A stretch of DNA of 63,977 nt, the filler included, from Malassezia furfur (Eukaryota): NCBI GenBank assembly GCA_052055015.1. It is 7 parts of 7 records of this genome, joined end to end, with 100 filler letters (N's around TTAATTAATTAA, not from the genome) between each part and the next. Parts side by side here need not be neighbours in the genome. Positions count along the whole stretch, not along the records: positions 1 to 9,305 come from JBQJIT010000424.1; 6 more parts are not named here. The stretch is one strand, 5' to 3'. How positions within the stretch are numbered: position 1 is the first letter of the stretch; each line of letters starts with the position of its first letter. Below are positions 1 through 9,405 of this stretch, in pieces. A program made the position numbers and the translations under genes. The notes below the pieces were generated by a model. That model searched no databases. It saw nothing but the letters and a program-made list of their open reading frames with translations, and was not told where the DNA came from.

Positions 1-479
1 CGGACTATGCTGCGGCGCTGCTCCCGCGCGGCGCGTGGCGCGCGGCGCCGGGCGACGCGTCCACGCAGCTGCGCACGCTCTCGGCGCTGCCGCACACGTC
101 GCTCGCGCAGCTGTACGCGGCGCTCGGCCTGCTGCGCGACCATGCGCGGATCGGCGAGCTGCTGCGAAATGCGGCGCCGACCCGCACGCCCGTGACGCTC
201 GCCGTCGCCGCGCACGGCGCCAGCTCCGCGGTGTGCCTGAGCTTTGCGGTCGCCTCGCGCGCGGCGCTCGCGCGCGTGCGCATTGCGCCGACGCCGCACA
301 CCGCGTCGGGGTGGGCCATCGACGCCGAGGCCGTGCGCCCGGGCGCGGCCAGCACGCACACACTATCTGACGCGGACACAGCCGCGTGGGCCGACACGCT
401 GGCCGACGCCGCACAGCTGCGCGACGTCGTCGACGCAGCGCACGCCTGGGCCGAGACGGCGCTCGCGCCGCGTTCGTAG
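1..479 (+). CDS. 3' part of a protein, possibly Mediator subunit Med1-like (5' truncated by window)
   Basis: Frame from position 3 is open to TAG at 477-479. LSALPHTSLAQLYAALGLLRDHARIGELLRNA loosely resembles the Med1 PF.HP..L..LR....N.LL motif. Confidence 0.35.
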   Translation, partial: DYAAALLPRGAWRAAPGDASTQLRTLSALPHTSLAQLYAALGLLRDHARIGELLRNAAPTRTPVTLAVAAHGASSAVCLSFAVASRAALARVRIAPTPHTASGWAIDAEAVRPGAASTHTLSDADTAAWADTLADAAQLRDVVDAAHAWAETALAPRS

Positions 480-529
480 GAGTGGTGACGTCTATACGAC
501 ATCGACTGGTTCCTATGCTTAGGGGCTGC

Positions 530-932
530 TTATCCGTCGAGGTTCGCGGGGAACGTGCCGTTCTCGCGCTGCTCGTCCCACTTGCCGATCTGCGTCAGTC
601 GGGCCCGTCACCACGTACCCATTCGTTCGGGCACAGCGAGTGGAAGGTGTTGTAGAAGAGCTTGCACGGCTCGTAGTCCTCGCCCTTCTTGTTGATGCAC
701 CGGTAGTAGTCGGCGTAGCTGCGTCAGCGTACGTGCGCACATACCTCACCCAGCTGTCCATCGAGCCCGAAAGGGGGGCATAGGTCAGTATCGCTGTCCT
801 CGTCGCATGCGGCGATAACGTACCAGTGGCGGGTCTGGTTCTGCAGCGTAAGCACCTCCGTCACACCATACGTACCTGGTTGGGGAACCGCGAGTCGAAC
901 TCGGCCGTCTTCAGCGTCACTTCGTGGGGCAT
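530..932 (-). CDS. COX12: Cytochrome c oxidase subunit 6B (5 exons)
   Basis: Splicing introns 841-875, 754-823, 719-744 and 590-618 gives MPHEVTLKTAEFDSRFPNQNQTRHCWVSYADYYRCINKKGEDYEPCKLFYNTFHSLCPNEWIGKWDEQRENGTFPANLDG*, with the CX9C/CX10C COX6B signature. Confidence 0.95.
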
Positions 933-1083
933 GCTGTGTGTCGTTGCAAAAGCAAAGCGGATCGGTAATGCGCGCCGCCGGATGGGCCCGACGGCCACGT
1001 CGGCCGAACGAAGGGGGTAGGGGGAGGGGCGGCTGGGATTTGTGCGCACGCGCACGCACCGTGGCGCTTGCGTGTGGAGGACG

Positions 1084-2235
1084 ATGGAGGCGCTCAAGGC
1101 GCAGATTCGCGCACAGAAGCGCCAGGCGCCGCCCGCCGAGCCCGCGGCAAAGTACGTGCGCCGCGGCGACCTGCGCCAGCGTGCACACCACGAGGACGCT
1201 CCGTCCGAGTCCACGCCGCCGCCGCCGCCGCGCGCTCCGACGCCGCCGCCGCGCGCCGAGTCGGAGCACGACGCGGACGCAGCGTCCACGTCGTTTGCCA
1301 TCTCGAACGACGAGGCCATCGCGCGCCTGCGCCAAAAGAACGAGCCGATCCGTCTGTTTGGCGAGAGCGACAAGGACCGCCGCCTCCGCCTGCGCGCGCT
1401 CGAGCTGATCGAGGAACACGGCGGCGATCCGCACGGCCGCAACGACTTTGTCAAGCTGCTCCAAGCGACCGACGATGCGGCACGCGACGCGCACGCCGCG
1501 AGCAAGCCACGCGCCGACGCGCCTGCCGATGCGCGCGACGACACGCCGACACGCGAGCGCACGCCGCCCAGCCAGCGCGAGGGCGTCGGCATGCACTCCC
1601 TGCTCGACCTAGGGTTGATCCGCACGGATCTGCCGCGCGTGTACCCCATCATCTACTACATGCTCAAAGGCCTGCTGAACGAGTGGGGCGACACGCTTGC
1701 GCGGCGCCCCGAGCACCAGCAGCACAGCCAGCAGGGCCGCCTCGTCGCGGCGACGCACGCGCAGACGCGCGAGTACCTCAAGCCGCTGTTCAAGGGCCTC
1801 CGCCGCCGCGTACGTACGCTGCGTTTGGTGCACTGACTCACGCAGCAAGTCGCGCCGGACGTGCTGATGCGCATTGCCGAGATTGTGCACTACATGCAGC
1901 AGCGCGAGTACCGCAAGGCGAACGACAGCTACCTGCAGCTGTCCATCGGCAATGCGCCGTGGCCGATCGGTGTGACGGCCGTCGGGTACGTGCGCCGCCG
2001 CTGCTCACGCCAGCATCCACGAGCGCTCCGGCCAGGAAAAGCTGTACACGACGAATGTCGCGCACGGTACGTCGGAAGTTAAAAATACAGCTAACAATAC
2101 AGTGTTGAACGACGAAGAGAGCCGCAAGTACATCCAGAGCCTCAAGCGGCTCATGACGTTTGCCCAGACCCAAGTGCGTTGCGCGTCGGCTCACGACAGT
2201 ACCCGCCCGACGACATCAGCAAGCTCATGGGCTAG
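1084..2235 (+). CDS. PRP18: Pre-mRNA splicing factor Prp18 (multi-exon)
   Basis: PRP4-like motif RLRQKNEPIRLFGE. Prp18 core ANDSYLQLSIGNAPWPIGVT, IHERSGQEKL, LNDEESRKYIQSLKRLMTFAQ. Four short GT-AG introns. Confidence 0.95.
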
Positions 2236-2253
2236 TTTGCATGTAGAAGTACC

Positions 2254-2506
2254 TCACATCACCACACAGCACCCCTTGGTCTCCGGCGCACTGCTGCGCG
2301 GCACGGGCGGCTGCAGCAGCGGGTCGTCGGTCTGCGTGCAGTAGTGGATCAGCCTGTGTCAGCCACGGGCCAGGCACCTACCGCTCGCTCGCCCGCGACG
2401 TCGGCACACACTCGCGCTCAAGCTCGCTCCGCAGCTGCGTGTTGGTCGCCTCGATCCGCGCGAGCTTCTCCTCGAGGAACTGGGTGTGCGGCAACCCCCC
2501 CTCCAT
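2254..2506 (-). CDS. Heterotrimeric G-protein gamma subunit (Ste18/Gpg-like)
   Basis: Removing the 28-nt intron 2354-2381 gives MEGGLPHTQFLEEKLARIEATNTQLRSELERECVPTSRASERLIHYCTQTDDPLLQPPVPRSSAPETKGCCVVM*: GGL-domain pattern, DPLL and C-terminal CCaaX. Confidence 0.85.
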
Positions 2507-2700
2507 CGTCGCGCGCGGCGCACCGCGTCGCCGGGGGCGAAGTGCACGTGATCACACGGGCTGCACGCCGTGCGTTGCGCACGCGGCTCGCACGTTTGCC
2601 GAGCGCCTTTGGAGACGCTGAACGCGGTGGGCGCCGTTGACCGTGGACGTGGCCGTGCGATGGCGCGCAAAGTGTATACTATTTTGGCCGAGAATTGACT

Positions 2701-3531
2701 ATGAGCGACCACACAGCGCCGGCGCAGCAGAGCCAACCTGCGCCCCTGAAATGGTCTCCGTCGGCCGTCCTGGCACAGCGCGCCCCGGACGCCCCGGCGT
2801 CGTCCCAATCTTCCGACTCGCACTCGACCCATGCAACCACCAGCAGCGCGCCGTCGCCGCAGATCGCGAGCACCGACACCTCCAAGCCGCCGACGCCGCA
2901 GCGCGAACTGCCCGGCCGCTTCTTTGACTGCGACCCAGAAGACCTCTTTACGCTGATCGGTACGTGCGCCGCACACTCACGCCCAGAGGACATGCTGTTG
3001 CAGCTCATGTCGCACAACGACAGCATCCCCTTGCACCCCTCTGACCTCACCCGGTTCCACTCGCGCGCAACGCCCGGGATCAGCATCGGCGCCTACCTGC
3101 GCCGGATGGCAAAATACACAACGCTCGACAAGCCGTGCATGCTGGTGGTGCTCGTGTACATCGACCGCGTGTGTGAGCGGCTGAGTGGGTTTACGATCTG
3201 CAGCCTGACCGTGCACCGCTTCGTGTGCGCCGCTGTGGTCTGTGCGAGCAAGGCGCTGTGCGACTCGTTCAGCACCAACAGTACGTCCCCGCTGCGCATC
3301 CACGCGACTCACACAGCCCACTATGCCCGCGTCGGCGGCATCACGCTCGCCGAGCTCAACCTACTCGAAAAGGAGTTTCTGGATATCATCGACTGGCGCC
3401 TCACGGTCACGGCGCCCGTGATGCAGCATTACTATGCGTCGCTGGTGCAGATGCACCTCAACTACACCCTCGGCCCGCCCAAGGGGCCGATGCCGACCAT
3501 GTTTACCGGGGCACGCTCGCCCCCGCCATAG
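2701..3531 (+). CDS. PHO80: Pho80/Pcl-family cyclin
   Basis: RFHSRATPGISIGAYLRR, YIDR, LTVHRF, SKALCD, HYARVGG, ELNLLEKEFL. Two probable in-frame introns (27 and 36 nt). Confidence 0.85.
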   Translation: MSDHTAPAQQSQPAPLKWSPSAVLAQRAPDAPASSQSSDSHSTHATTSSAPSPQIASTDTSKPPTPQRELPGRFFDCDPEDLFTLIGTCAAHSRPEDMLLQLMSHNDSIPLHPSDLTRFHSRATPGISIGAYLRRMAKYTTLDKPCMLVVLVYIDRVCERLSGFTICSLTVHRFVCAAVVCASKALCDSFSTNSTSPLRIHATHTAHYARVGGITLAELNLLEKEFLDIIDWRLTVTAPVMQHYYASLVQMHLNYTLGPPKGPMPTMFTGARSPPP

Positions 3532-3753
3532 TGGCCCGCGGCGCCGCCGCGCATTCCTGTACTATACCGTCCAGCCAGCCGGCTCGTGCGCACGTGGGCC
3601 GCCGCCGCGCACGCCGCCGCAAAGCGTCGGCCGAACGTGGGCGTTTGCCGCATTTTTTTGACACGCCGAGCGGGCGCGACGCGACGCCGCACGATTCCCG
3701 CGCGCGCACACGGCGGCCTGGACCTTGCTTGAGCGCACGCGACCCACTTTGGC

Positions 3754-5142
3754 ATGGCGCCGGACGCGGACGAGCCTGGCGGGCAGCACACGATGCACAT
3801 CCACGCCCCTCGTCCCCAGTCGGCGGCGCACACAACTGAACTGCTCAGCGCACGGCAGTCGGCGCTCGCCAAGCTCACCGAGCCCAGCGCCCCGCCGCCG
3901 CCCGCGGGCACCACGCACGGCAGCACCGCGCACGACGCCGCGCCGAGCGACTCGTGGTGCTCGCTGCTGCCCGAGGGCGACCCTGCGCGTGTGAACCGCG
4001 ACGATACCCATACCCCGGAGCAGAGCTGGCGGTGCTTCCTGAGCGCCCAGTCGCCCACCTCCGACGCGGACTCGCACGAAATGTACCTCGGGCCATCCGG
4101 CTCCTCGGACCGCCTGCCCCCGCACACCGACGACGACGACGACGCCGCCGAGCGCCTCTCGTTCGGTCGCCGCGCCGATCTGTTCGTGCGCCGCTCGGTC
4201 GTGACGCCCATCACGATCGCCAACGCGCACCACCGCCTGCCCAACATGCACGAGCTCGAGACGGCGTCCAAGGACGCGGGCGAGCGGCCCAAGGTGCACG
4301 CGTTCGCATACAACGCATCGTCAGACGACCTCTACGTCCGCCCGATGCGCCCGCGCTCGATCATCGGCGTCGCCGCCTTCGACCAGCTCGACAGCGCCAA
4401 GTCGCCGCAGGACACGCCAGGCGCCAAGTCGGAGCGCAGTGGCGCGCCGCCCAAGCTCCGCCTCGATGGCGACGCAGGCGAGGAGGAGCGCGCACACTGG
4501 CCGACGAGCTCGCGCCATGCGATGTCGCCGCTCGCGTCGCCGCTCTCGTGTGCGTCGTCGGCGCCGAGCGCGGCGCACTCGCCCGCATCCGACGCGGTGG
4601 GCGCGCACGACCCGGCCGCGCCTCCGTCGGAAACGGGGCTGATCGCGCCGATCACAACGCACCCACAGGCGCTCCGCGAGATGGGCGTCCGCAGCGCCTC
4701 CGAGGGGCCGCGCAGCGCGACGCTCCCGCGCCCCCACACCGAGCTCGGGCGCGCCGCAGAGACGCTCGACGACGAGACGCCCGCGGGCGGCGAGCAGGTC
4801 AAGACGAGCGATCCACGCGTGTCGATGATGTCGACCGACCACCTATACACGCTCTCGCTGCACGTCCCGGGCTTCTCGCTCGACGGGATCACCGTCGCGA
4901 CCAAGGGATTCAATCGCCGTACGCTGCACATCATCGCGACCCGCTGGGGACACGGCGACGGCGACCACTTTGAGCGGCGCATCACCTTTGGCGCAGATGC
5001 CGTCATGACGGCGATCCGCGCGCGCTTCGACGGCGAGCACCTGCATGTCGAGATCCCCCGGCGCACGACGCGCCCGACGCGCCTGCGCGACCTGCCGTCG
5101 CTCGCGTCGCTCGCGCAGGGCGCGCCGCACCCGGCGTGCTGA
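3754..5142 (+). CDS. Long disordered protein with C-terminal HSP20/alpha-crystallin-like domain
   Basis: 462-aa ORF. C-terminal YTLSLHVPGF...FERRITFG...ARFDGEHLHVEIPR matches the alpha-crystallin pattern. Confidence 0.7.
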   Translation: MAPDADEPGGQHTMHIHAPRPQSAAHTTELLSARQSALAKLTEPSAPPPPAGTTHGSTAHDAAPSDSWCSLLPEGDPARVNRDDTHTPEQSWRCFLSAQSPTSDADSHEMYLGPSGSSDRLPPHTDDDDDAAERLSFGRRADLFVRRSVVTPITIANAHHRLPNMHELETASKDAGERPKVHAFAYNASSDDLYVRPMRPRSIIGVAAFDQLDSAKSPQDTPGAKSERSGAPPKLRLDGDAGEEERAHWPTSSRHAMSPLASPLSCASSAPSAAHSPASDAVGAHDPAAPPSETGLIAPITTHPQALREMGVRSASEGPRSATLPRPHTELGRAAETLDDETPAGGEQVKTSDPRVSMMSTDHLYTLSLHVPGFSLDGITVATKGFNRRTLHIIATRWGHGDGDHFERRITFGADAVMTAIRARFDGEHLHVEIPRRTTRPTRLRDLPSLASLAQGAPHPAC

Positions 5143-5203
5143 GCGCACGGCCCCCTCTTCCCCTCCTGTATGTACATAGGATACGCTCCTTGCTATTCAT
5201 CCT

Positions 5204-5836
5204 CTACGACGACTCCGGCGTGCCAAACGTCAGCACACGCTCGCTGTCCGGCATGTAGGTCTTCTCGCCCGCGGGCTGCTCGGGGTAGCCAAACACCATC
5301 TCGGCCTGCAGCTTCCAGGAGCGCGGCAGGTTGAATGCGTTGGCGCACGCTTCTTGCGTCAGGTTGCCATAGTGCTGCAGGTTCGCACCAAAGCCCTCGG
5401 CCTCCAGCAGCGTCCAGGTGTACACCTGCGCCATGCCCGACGACTGGTACGACCAGATCGGGAAGGACTCGGCGTACGTCGGGAACTTTTCCTGCATGCC
5501 CTTGACCGCCTCTTGGTCCTCGTAGAAGAGGATCGTGCCGGCGCCCGCGGCAAACATATCGAGCTTCGGCTTGGACGCGTCGAGCGCCTTTTGGCCCGCG
5601 GCCTGCAGCAGCGCGTTCGGCACCAGCTCCTGCCAGTTCTTCAGGTGGTCCTTGCCGAGCAGCACCGCGGCGCGGCTGCTCTGCACATTGAACGGACTCG
5701 GGGCCTGGCGCAGCGCCGTGCGCACAAGCTCCTCAACGTTCGGCTTGCTCGCCAGCGGCTTGTTCGACAGCGCATAGATCGAACGGCGCGCCGTGATGGC
5801 ACGCACAAACTCCTTGGCAGCTTGGGTGGTCGCCAT
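5204..5836 (-). CDS. Nitroreductase, Frm2/Hbn1 family (copy 1)
   Basis: RRSIYALS, PSPFNVQSSR, GTILFYED, EGFGANLQHY, AEMVFGYP. Intronless. Confidence 0.9.
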   Translation of the reverse strand: MATTQAAKEFVRAITARRSIYALSNKPLASKPNVEELVRTALRQAPSPFNVQSSRAAVLLGKDHLKNWQELVPNALLQAAGQKALDASKPKLDMFAAGAGTILFYEDQEAVKGMQEKFPTYAESFPIWSYQSSGMAQVYTWTLLEAEGFGANLQHYGNLTQEACANAFNLPRSWKLQAEMVFGYPEQPAGEKTYMPDSERVLTFGTPESS

Positions 5837-6075
5837 GATGATGGGGAAACGCCGATGGCCAAGTGGGACCCACGCTCTTATACACGTGTCGCCTGACGAG
5901 GCTGCCGGAACCCACCGTCGTCCGCCGGCACGCTATCTCCGAGGGGCCCAACGACCCGCGCCTGCAGCCCGCGGCCGGCGGCACGCTTCCCGTGCGCACG
6001 GACCATGCAAACAATCAGACAGTCAATTCGCCAAGTCCACGGTTCCCAGGTCGAGTGTGGAATGTGTGTATATAT

Positions 6076-6702
6076 TTACTCGCTGTGGCCGTACGCAATG
6101 ACGCGCTCGTGGTCGGGCATGTACTCCTTCTCGCCCGCGGGGGTCTCGGGGTAGCCAAAGACCATCTCACTCTGCAGCTCGTAAGTCTCGGGGAGGTTGT
6201 AGAGCTTCTTGAGCGTCTCAGCCGTGAGGTTGCCGTAGTGCTGCAGGTTGGCACCGTAGCCCTCGGCCTCGAGCAGCGTCCAGGTGTACACCTGCGCCAT
6301 ACCCGAGGCGTGCTTCGACCAGTGGGGGAAGCTGGGGGCGTAGCGGGGGAAGGCCTCCTGCTGGCCCTTGATCAGCTTGTCGTCCTCAAAGAACAGGATG
6401 GTGCCCTGGCCGGCAGCAAAGCCCTCAAGCTTGGGCTTCGAGGCCTCCACAGCACGCTCGCCCGACGACGTACGGAGCGCGTCCGGGACGATCTTGAGCC
6501 AGTAGTTCTTGTGCTGGTCGCCGAGCAGGATAACGACACGGCTGCTCTGGACGTTGAACGACGAGGGAGCCTCGCGCACGGCCTGGCGCACAAGCTTCAA
6601 CAGAGCATCATCGCTCAGGATCTTCTTGTTCGACAGGTGGTAGATGGTGCGGCGGTTCTGGACCGCCTGCAGGAAGCTCGTCGAAGTGCTGGTGCTCGCC
6701 AT
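6076..6702 (-). CDS. Nitroreductase, Frm2/Hbn1 family (copy 2)
   Basis: Starts MASTSTSTSF. RRTIYHLS, PSSFNVQSSR, EGYGANLQHY. TATATA about 45 nt upstream. Confidence 0.9.
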   Translation of the reverse strand: MASTSTSTSFLQAVQNRRTIYHLSNKKILSDDALLKLVRQAVREAPSSFNVQSSRVVILLGDQHKNYWLKIVPDALRTSSGERAVEASKPKLEGFAAGQGTILFFEDDKLIKGQQEAFPRYAPSFPHWSKHASGMAQVYTWTLLEAEGYGANLQHYGNLTAETLKKLYNLPETYELQSEMVFGYPETPAGEKEYMPDHERVIAYGHSE

Positions 6703-7211
6703 GGTATGTGGTGCAAAAAAAGCGACTTGGCGGGAAGACCTGAATATATAGGCGAGCTGCTGGCACGGACTTAATTTAGCGCGTCCGACTCCGACGACAT
6801 GCCGTAACACGGCCTAGTAGGCAGATCGGACATAACCACGTGGACCACGCAGTCCGCGGACTAACTCGGTCCGCGCGGACATGCCCAAGGAGACCTACCA
6901 GGCCCGTGTCAAAGTTCGGGCCGACCCAAAAAAAAATGCAAACGGGCCACGGGACGCGCTGCACGGCTGCGCGCACGGACGGACCTGCCGCAAAATTGCG
7001 CAAGCGAGCGTGTCCCGGTGCAGCTCGATCACCGCCGTGCAGCGCTATCGGTGTCGCATGACGGGGTGTCTAGGCCCCCGCCGCGGCCACGCAGCACGGC
7101 CCACGCAACCTGCAGCCGCCTCCACGCGCACGCTGGCAGGCGCCTGTCCATCCGTGTCCTGGAATCGTCGTCGCCCCAACCGTGGGGATCTCGTGTGGGC
7201 TATCGTGTCAT

Positions 7212-7829
7212 CTACTTGAACATGACCACACGCTCCTCGTCGGGCATGTACTCCTTCTCGCCCGCAGGCGTCTCGGGGTAACCGAACACCATCTCACACT
7301 GGATATCGTAGGACTCGGGCAGCTGGTAGAAGCGCTTGAGCGTCTCGCCGGTGATGTTGCCGTAGTGCTGCAGACTCGCACCGTAGCCCTCGGCCTCGAG
7401 CAGCGCCCAGGTGTACACCTGCGCCATACCCGAAGCGTGCTTCGCCCAGACGGGGAAGTTGACCGCGTACGCCAGGAAGGCCTCCTGCTGGCCCTTGATC
7501 AGGTTCTCGTCCTCAAAGAAGAGCACGGTGCCGCTGCCGGCCGCGAAGCCCTTGAGCTTCTCCATCGAGGCCTGCACAGCGGCCTCGCCCGACACGGCGC
7601 GGAGCGCGTCCGGGACGATCTTGAGCCAGTAGTTCTGGTGCTGCTTGCCGAAGAGCACGACCACGCGGCTGCTCTGGACGTTGAACGAGGACGGCGCCTC
7701 GCGCACGGCCTGCTGCACGAGCTGCACGATCTGCGCGTCGGGCAGGATCTGCTTATTGGAGAGATGGTAGACCGTGCGGCGGTTCTGGACGGCCTGGAGG
7801 AACTGCGTGCTAAGCTGCTGCGACGCCAT
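7212..7829 (-). CDS. Nitroreductase, Frm2/Hbn1 family (copy 3)
   Basis: RRTVYHLS, PSSFNVQSSR, EGYGASLQHY, CEMVFGYP. Confidence 0.9.
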   Translation of the reverse strand: MASQQLSTQFLQAVQNRRTVYHLSNKQILPDAQIVQLVQQAVREAPSSFNVQSSRVVVLFGKQHQNYWLKIVPDALRAVSGEAAVQASMEKLKGFAAGSGTVLFFEDENLIKGQQEAFLAYAVNFPVWAKHASGMAQVYTWALLEAEGYGASLQHYGNITGETLKRFYQLPESYDIQCEMVFGYPETPAGEKEYMPDEERVVMFK

Positions 7830-7996
7830 GGTGTGGGAGAAGATATGGTGCGAAGCGCAGGCCCGAGCGGAATTTATGTCCGTGGACCTCGCCCCTCCAC
7901 ATCAGCCAATCAGCTCCTCCGCCCCAGCGCTCGGCCCCAACACGCCGAGAGGGGTCCTAGTAGGCACTCGGGGTGGTGTTGGCATGGCGTCGGCGT

Positions 7997-9305
7997 TTAG
8001 CGCGGCGTCGGCGCCGACGTGGACGCCGCGGCGGCACGCTTCAGCGCGATACACTGCTCGAGCGCTGCGCACACCTCGGACATGCTCGGCCGGTCGCGCG
8101 GGAGCTGCGCCCACATGCGGTCGAGCAGCTCGACGATTTCGTCGCCGAAGCGGCGGCGCATCGTCCCGACAAACGGTCTGCATGAGCATAGTAAAACGAC
8201 GTACCGCTGCTGCTTTTGGCCCACGTTCAGGTAGATTTGGTGCTCGTTCATCCCCTGGAAGGGATAGCGCTTTTCGGGGTTGTGCCACTGCAGCGCCTCC
8301 CAGAACGTCATCGCGGCGCTCCACACGTCCACTTTTTCGTTGTAGTTGGGCTTCGGCACCCACAGCTCGGGCGCCTGCCAGTTGACCGTACCGACGATCG
8401 AGCGCACAAGCACGCGGTGCGAGCGCTTCGCGCGCGCGAAGCCAAAGTCGCTGATCTTCGCGACGCGGTCCTTGGTGATGAGCACGTTGGTCGACTTGCA
8501 GTCGCGGTGGATGACCATGGGCGTGCGCGTGTGCAGATAGTCCAGCCCGCGCGCGATCTGCAGCAGGAGCGCAAACAGCTCCGCGTCGGGCGGCGCGGGC
8601 GTGTTCCGGATGTAGTCAAACAGGTCGCCGTTCGAGCACAGCTCGCTCACGATCATGATCGGCACGGGGTGCGGCGGCACCGGCAGACTCACCCCGATGA
8701 ACCGCACAATGTTTTCGTGGCGCAGGTCGCGCAGGAATTGCAGCTCCTTGATGTCCATGTCGGTCAGCTGGTTGCGCAGGTCCGAGATGGCGACCTTGGT
8801 CACGCGCGTGCGCGACAGGTGGTAGCGCCCGACGTACACGTCCTTGAACGCGCCCGACCCGATCTTTTCGAGCTTCTCGAGCTTCTCGGGGGGGATCTCG
8901 CGATCGTGCAGCTCAAGCTGCTCCAGGTCCACCTGGTGCACCTCGTCCTCGCCCGCGGGCGCGCCCGGCTCCACCTGGTGCGACGGGTCCGGCACCACCT
9001 TGGGCGGCGGCACCGCTTCGCCCGTGCCTTCGGCCGTCTGCAGCGCAATCTGCGACGTGAGCAGGCTCTCGACGAGCATGTGCTTCGTGCTGGTGGCGTG
9101 CACGGGGATGTGCCGCGCCTCGCACAGCGCAACGAGCGACGGCCGCCGCCGCCGCAGGAGCGCCTGGTGCGTAAAGAGCTCGTCGGCGTGCGCCGACCGC
9201 GGCGCCGACCGCGGCGCCGGCGCATCCGCCGCACGCGCCGCGCCAGCACTCGGCGCATGCGCACGCGTTCCTTGTCGCAGTCGGTCGGCAGCGAGATGGA
9301 CATAG
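7997..9305 (-). CDS. TKL-like protein kinase, 5' truncated by contig end
   Basis: GSGAFK loop, HENIVRF, HRDCKSTN, DFG, GTVNWQAPE, DVWS. Frame is open to the contig edge, with a probable 27-nt intron near 8178-8204. Confidence 0.9.
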
Positions 9306-9405
9306 NNNNNNNNNNNNNNNNNNNNNNNNNNNNNNNNNNNNNNNNNNNNTTAATTAATTAANNNNNNNNNNNNNNNNNNNNNNNNNNNNNNNNNNNNNNN
9401 NNNNN
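9306..9405. other. Artificial contig linker
   Basis: 44N + TTAATTAATTAA (stops in all six frames) + 44N. Confidence 0.99.

Noticed and set aside
9306..9405. TTAATTAATTAA palindrome recurring about every 9.4 kb, resembling a periodic repeat system
   Set aside because: Always flanked by 44 N on each side and encodes stops in all six frames, so it is a synthetic contig-joining linker.
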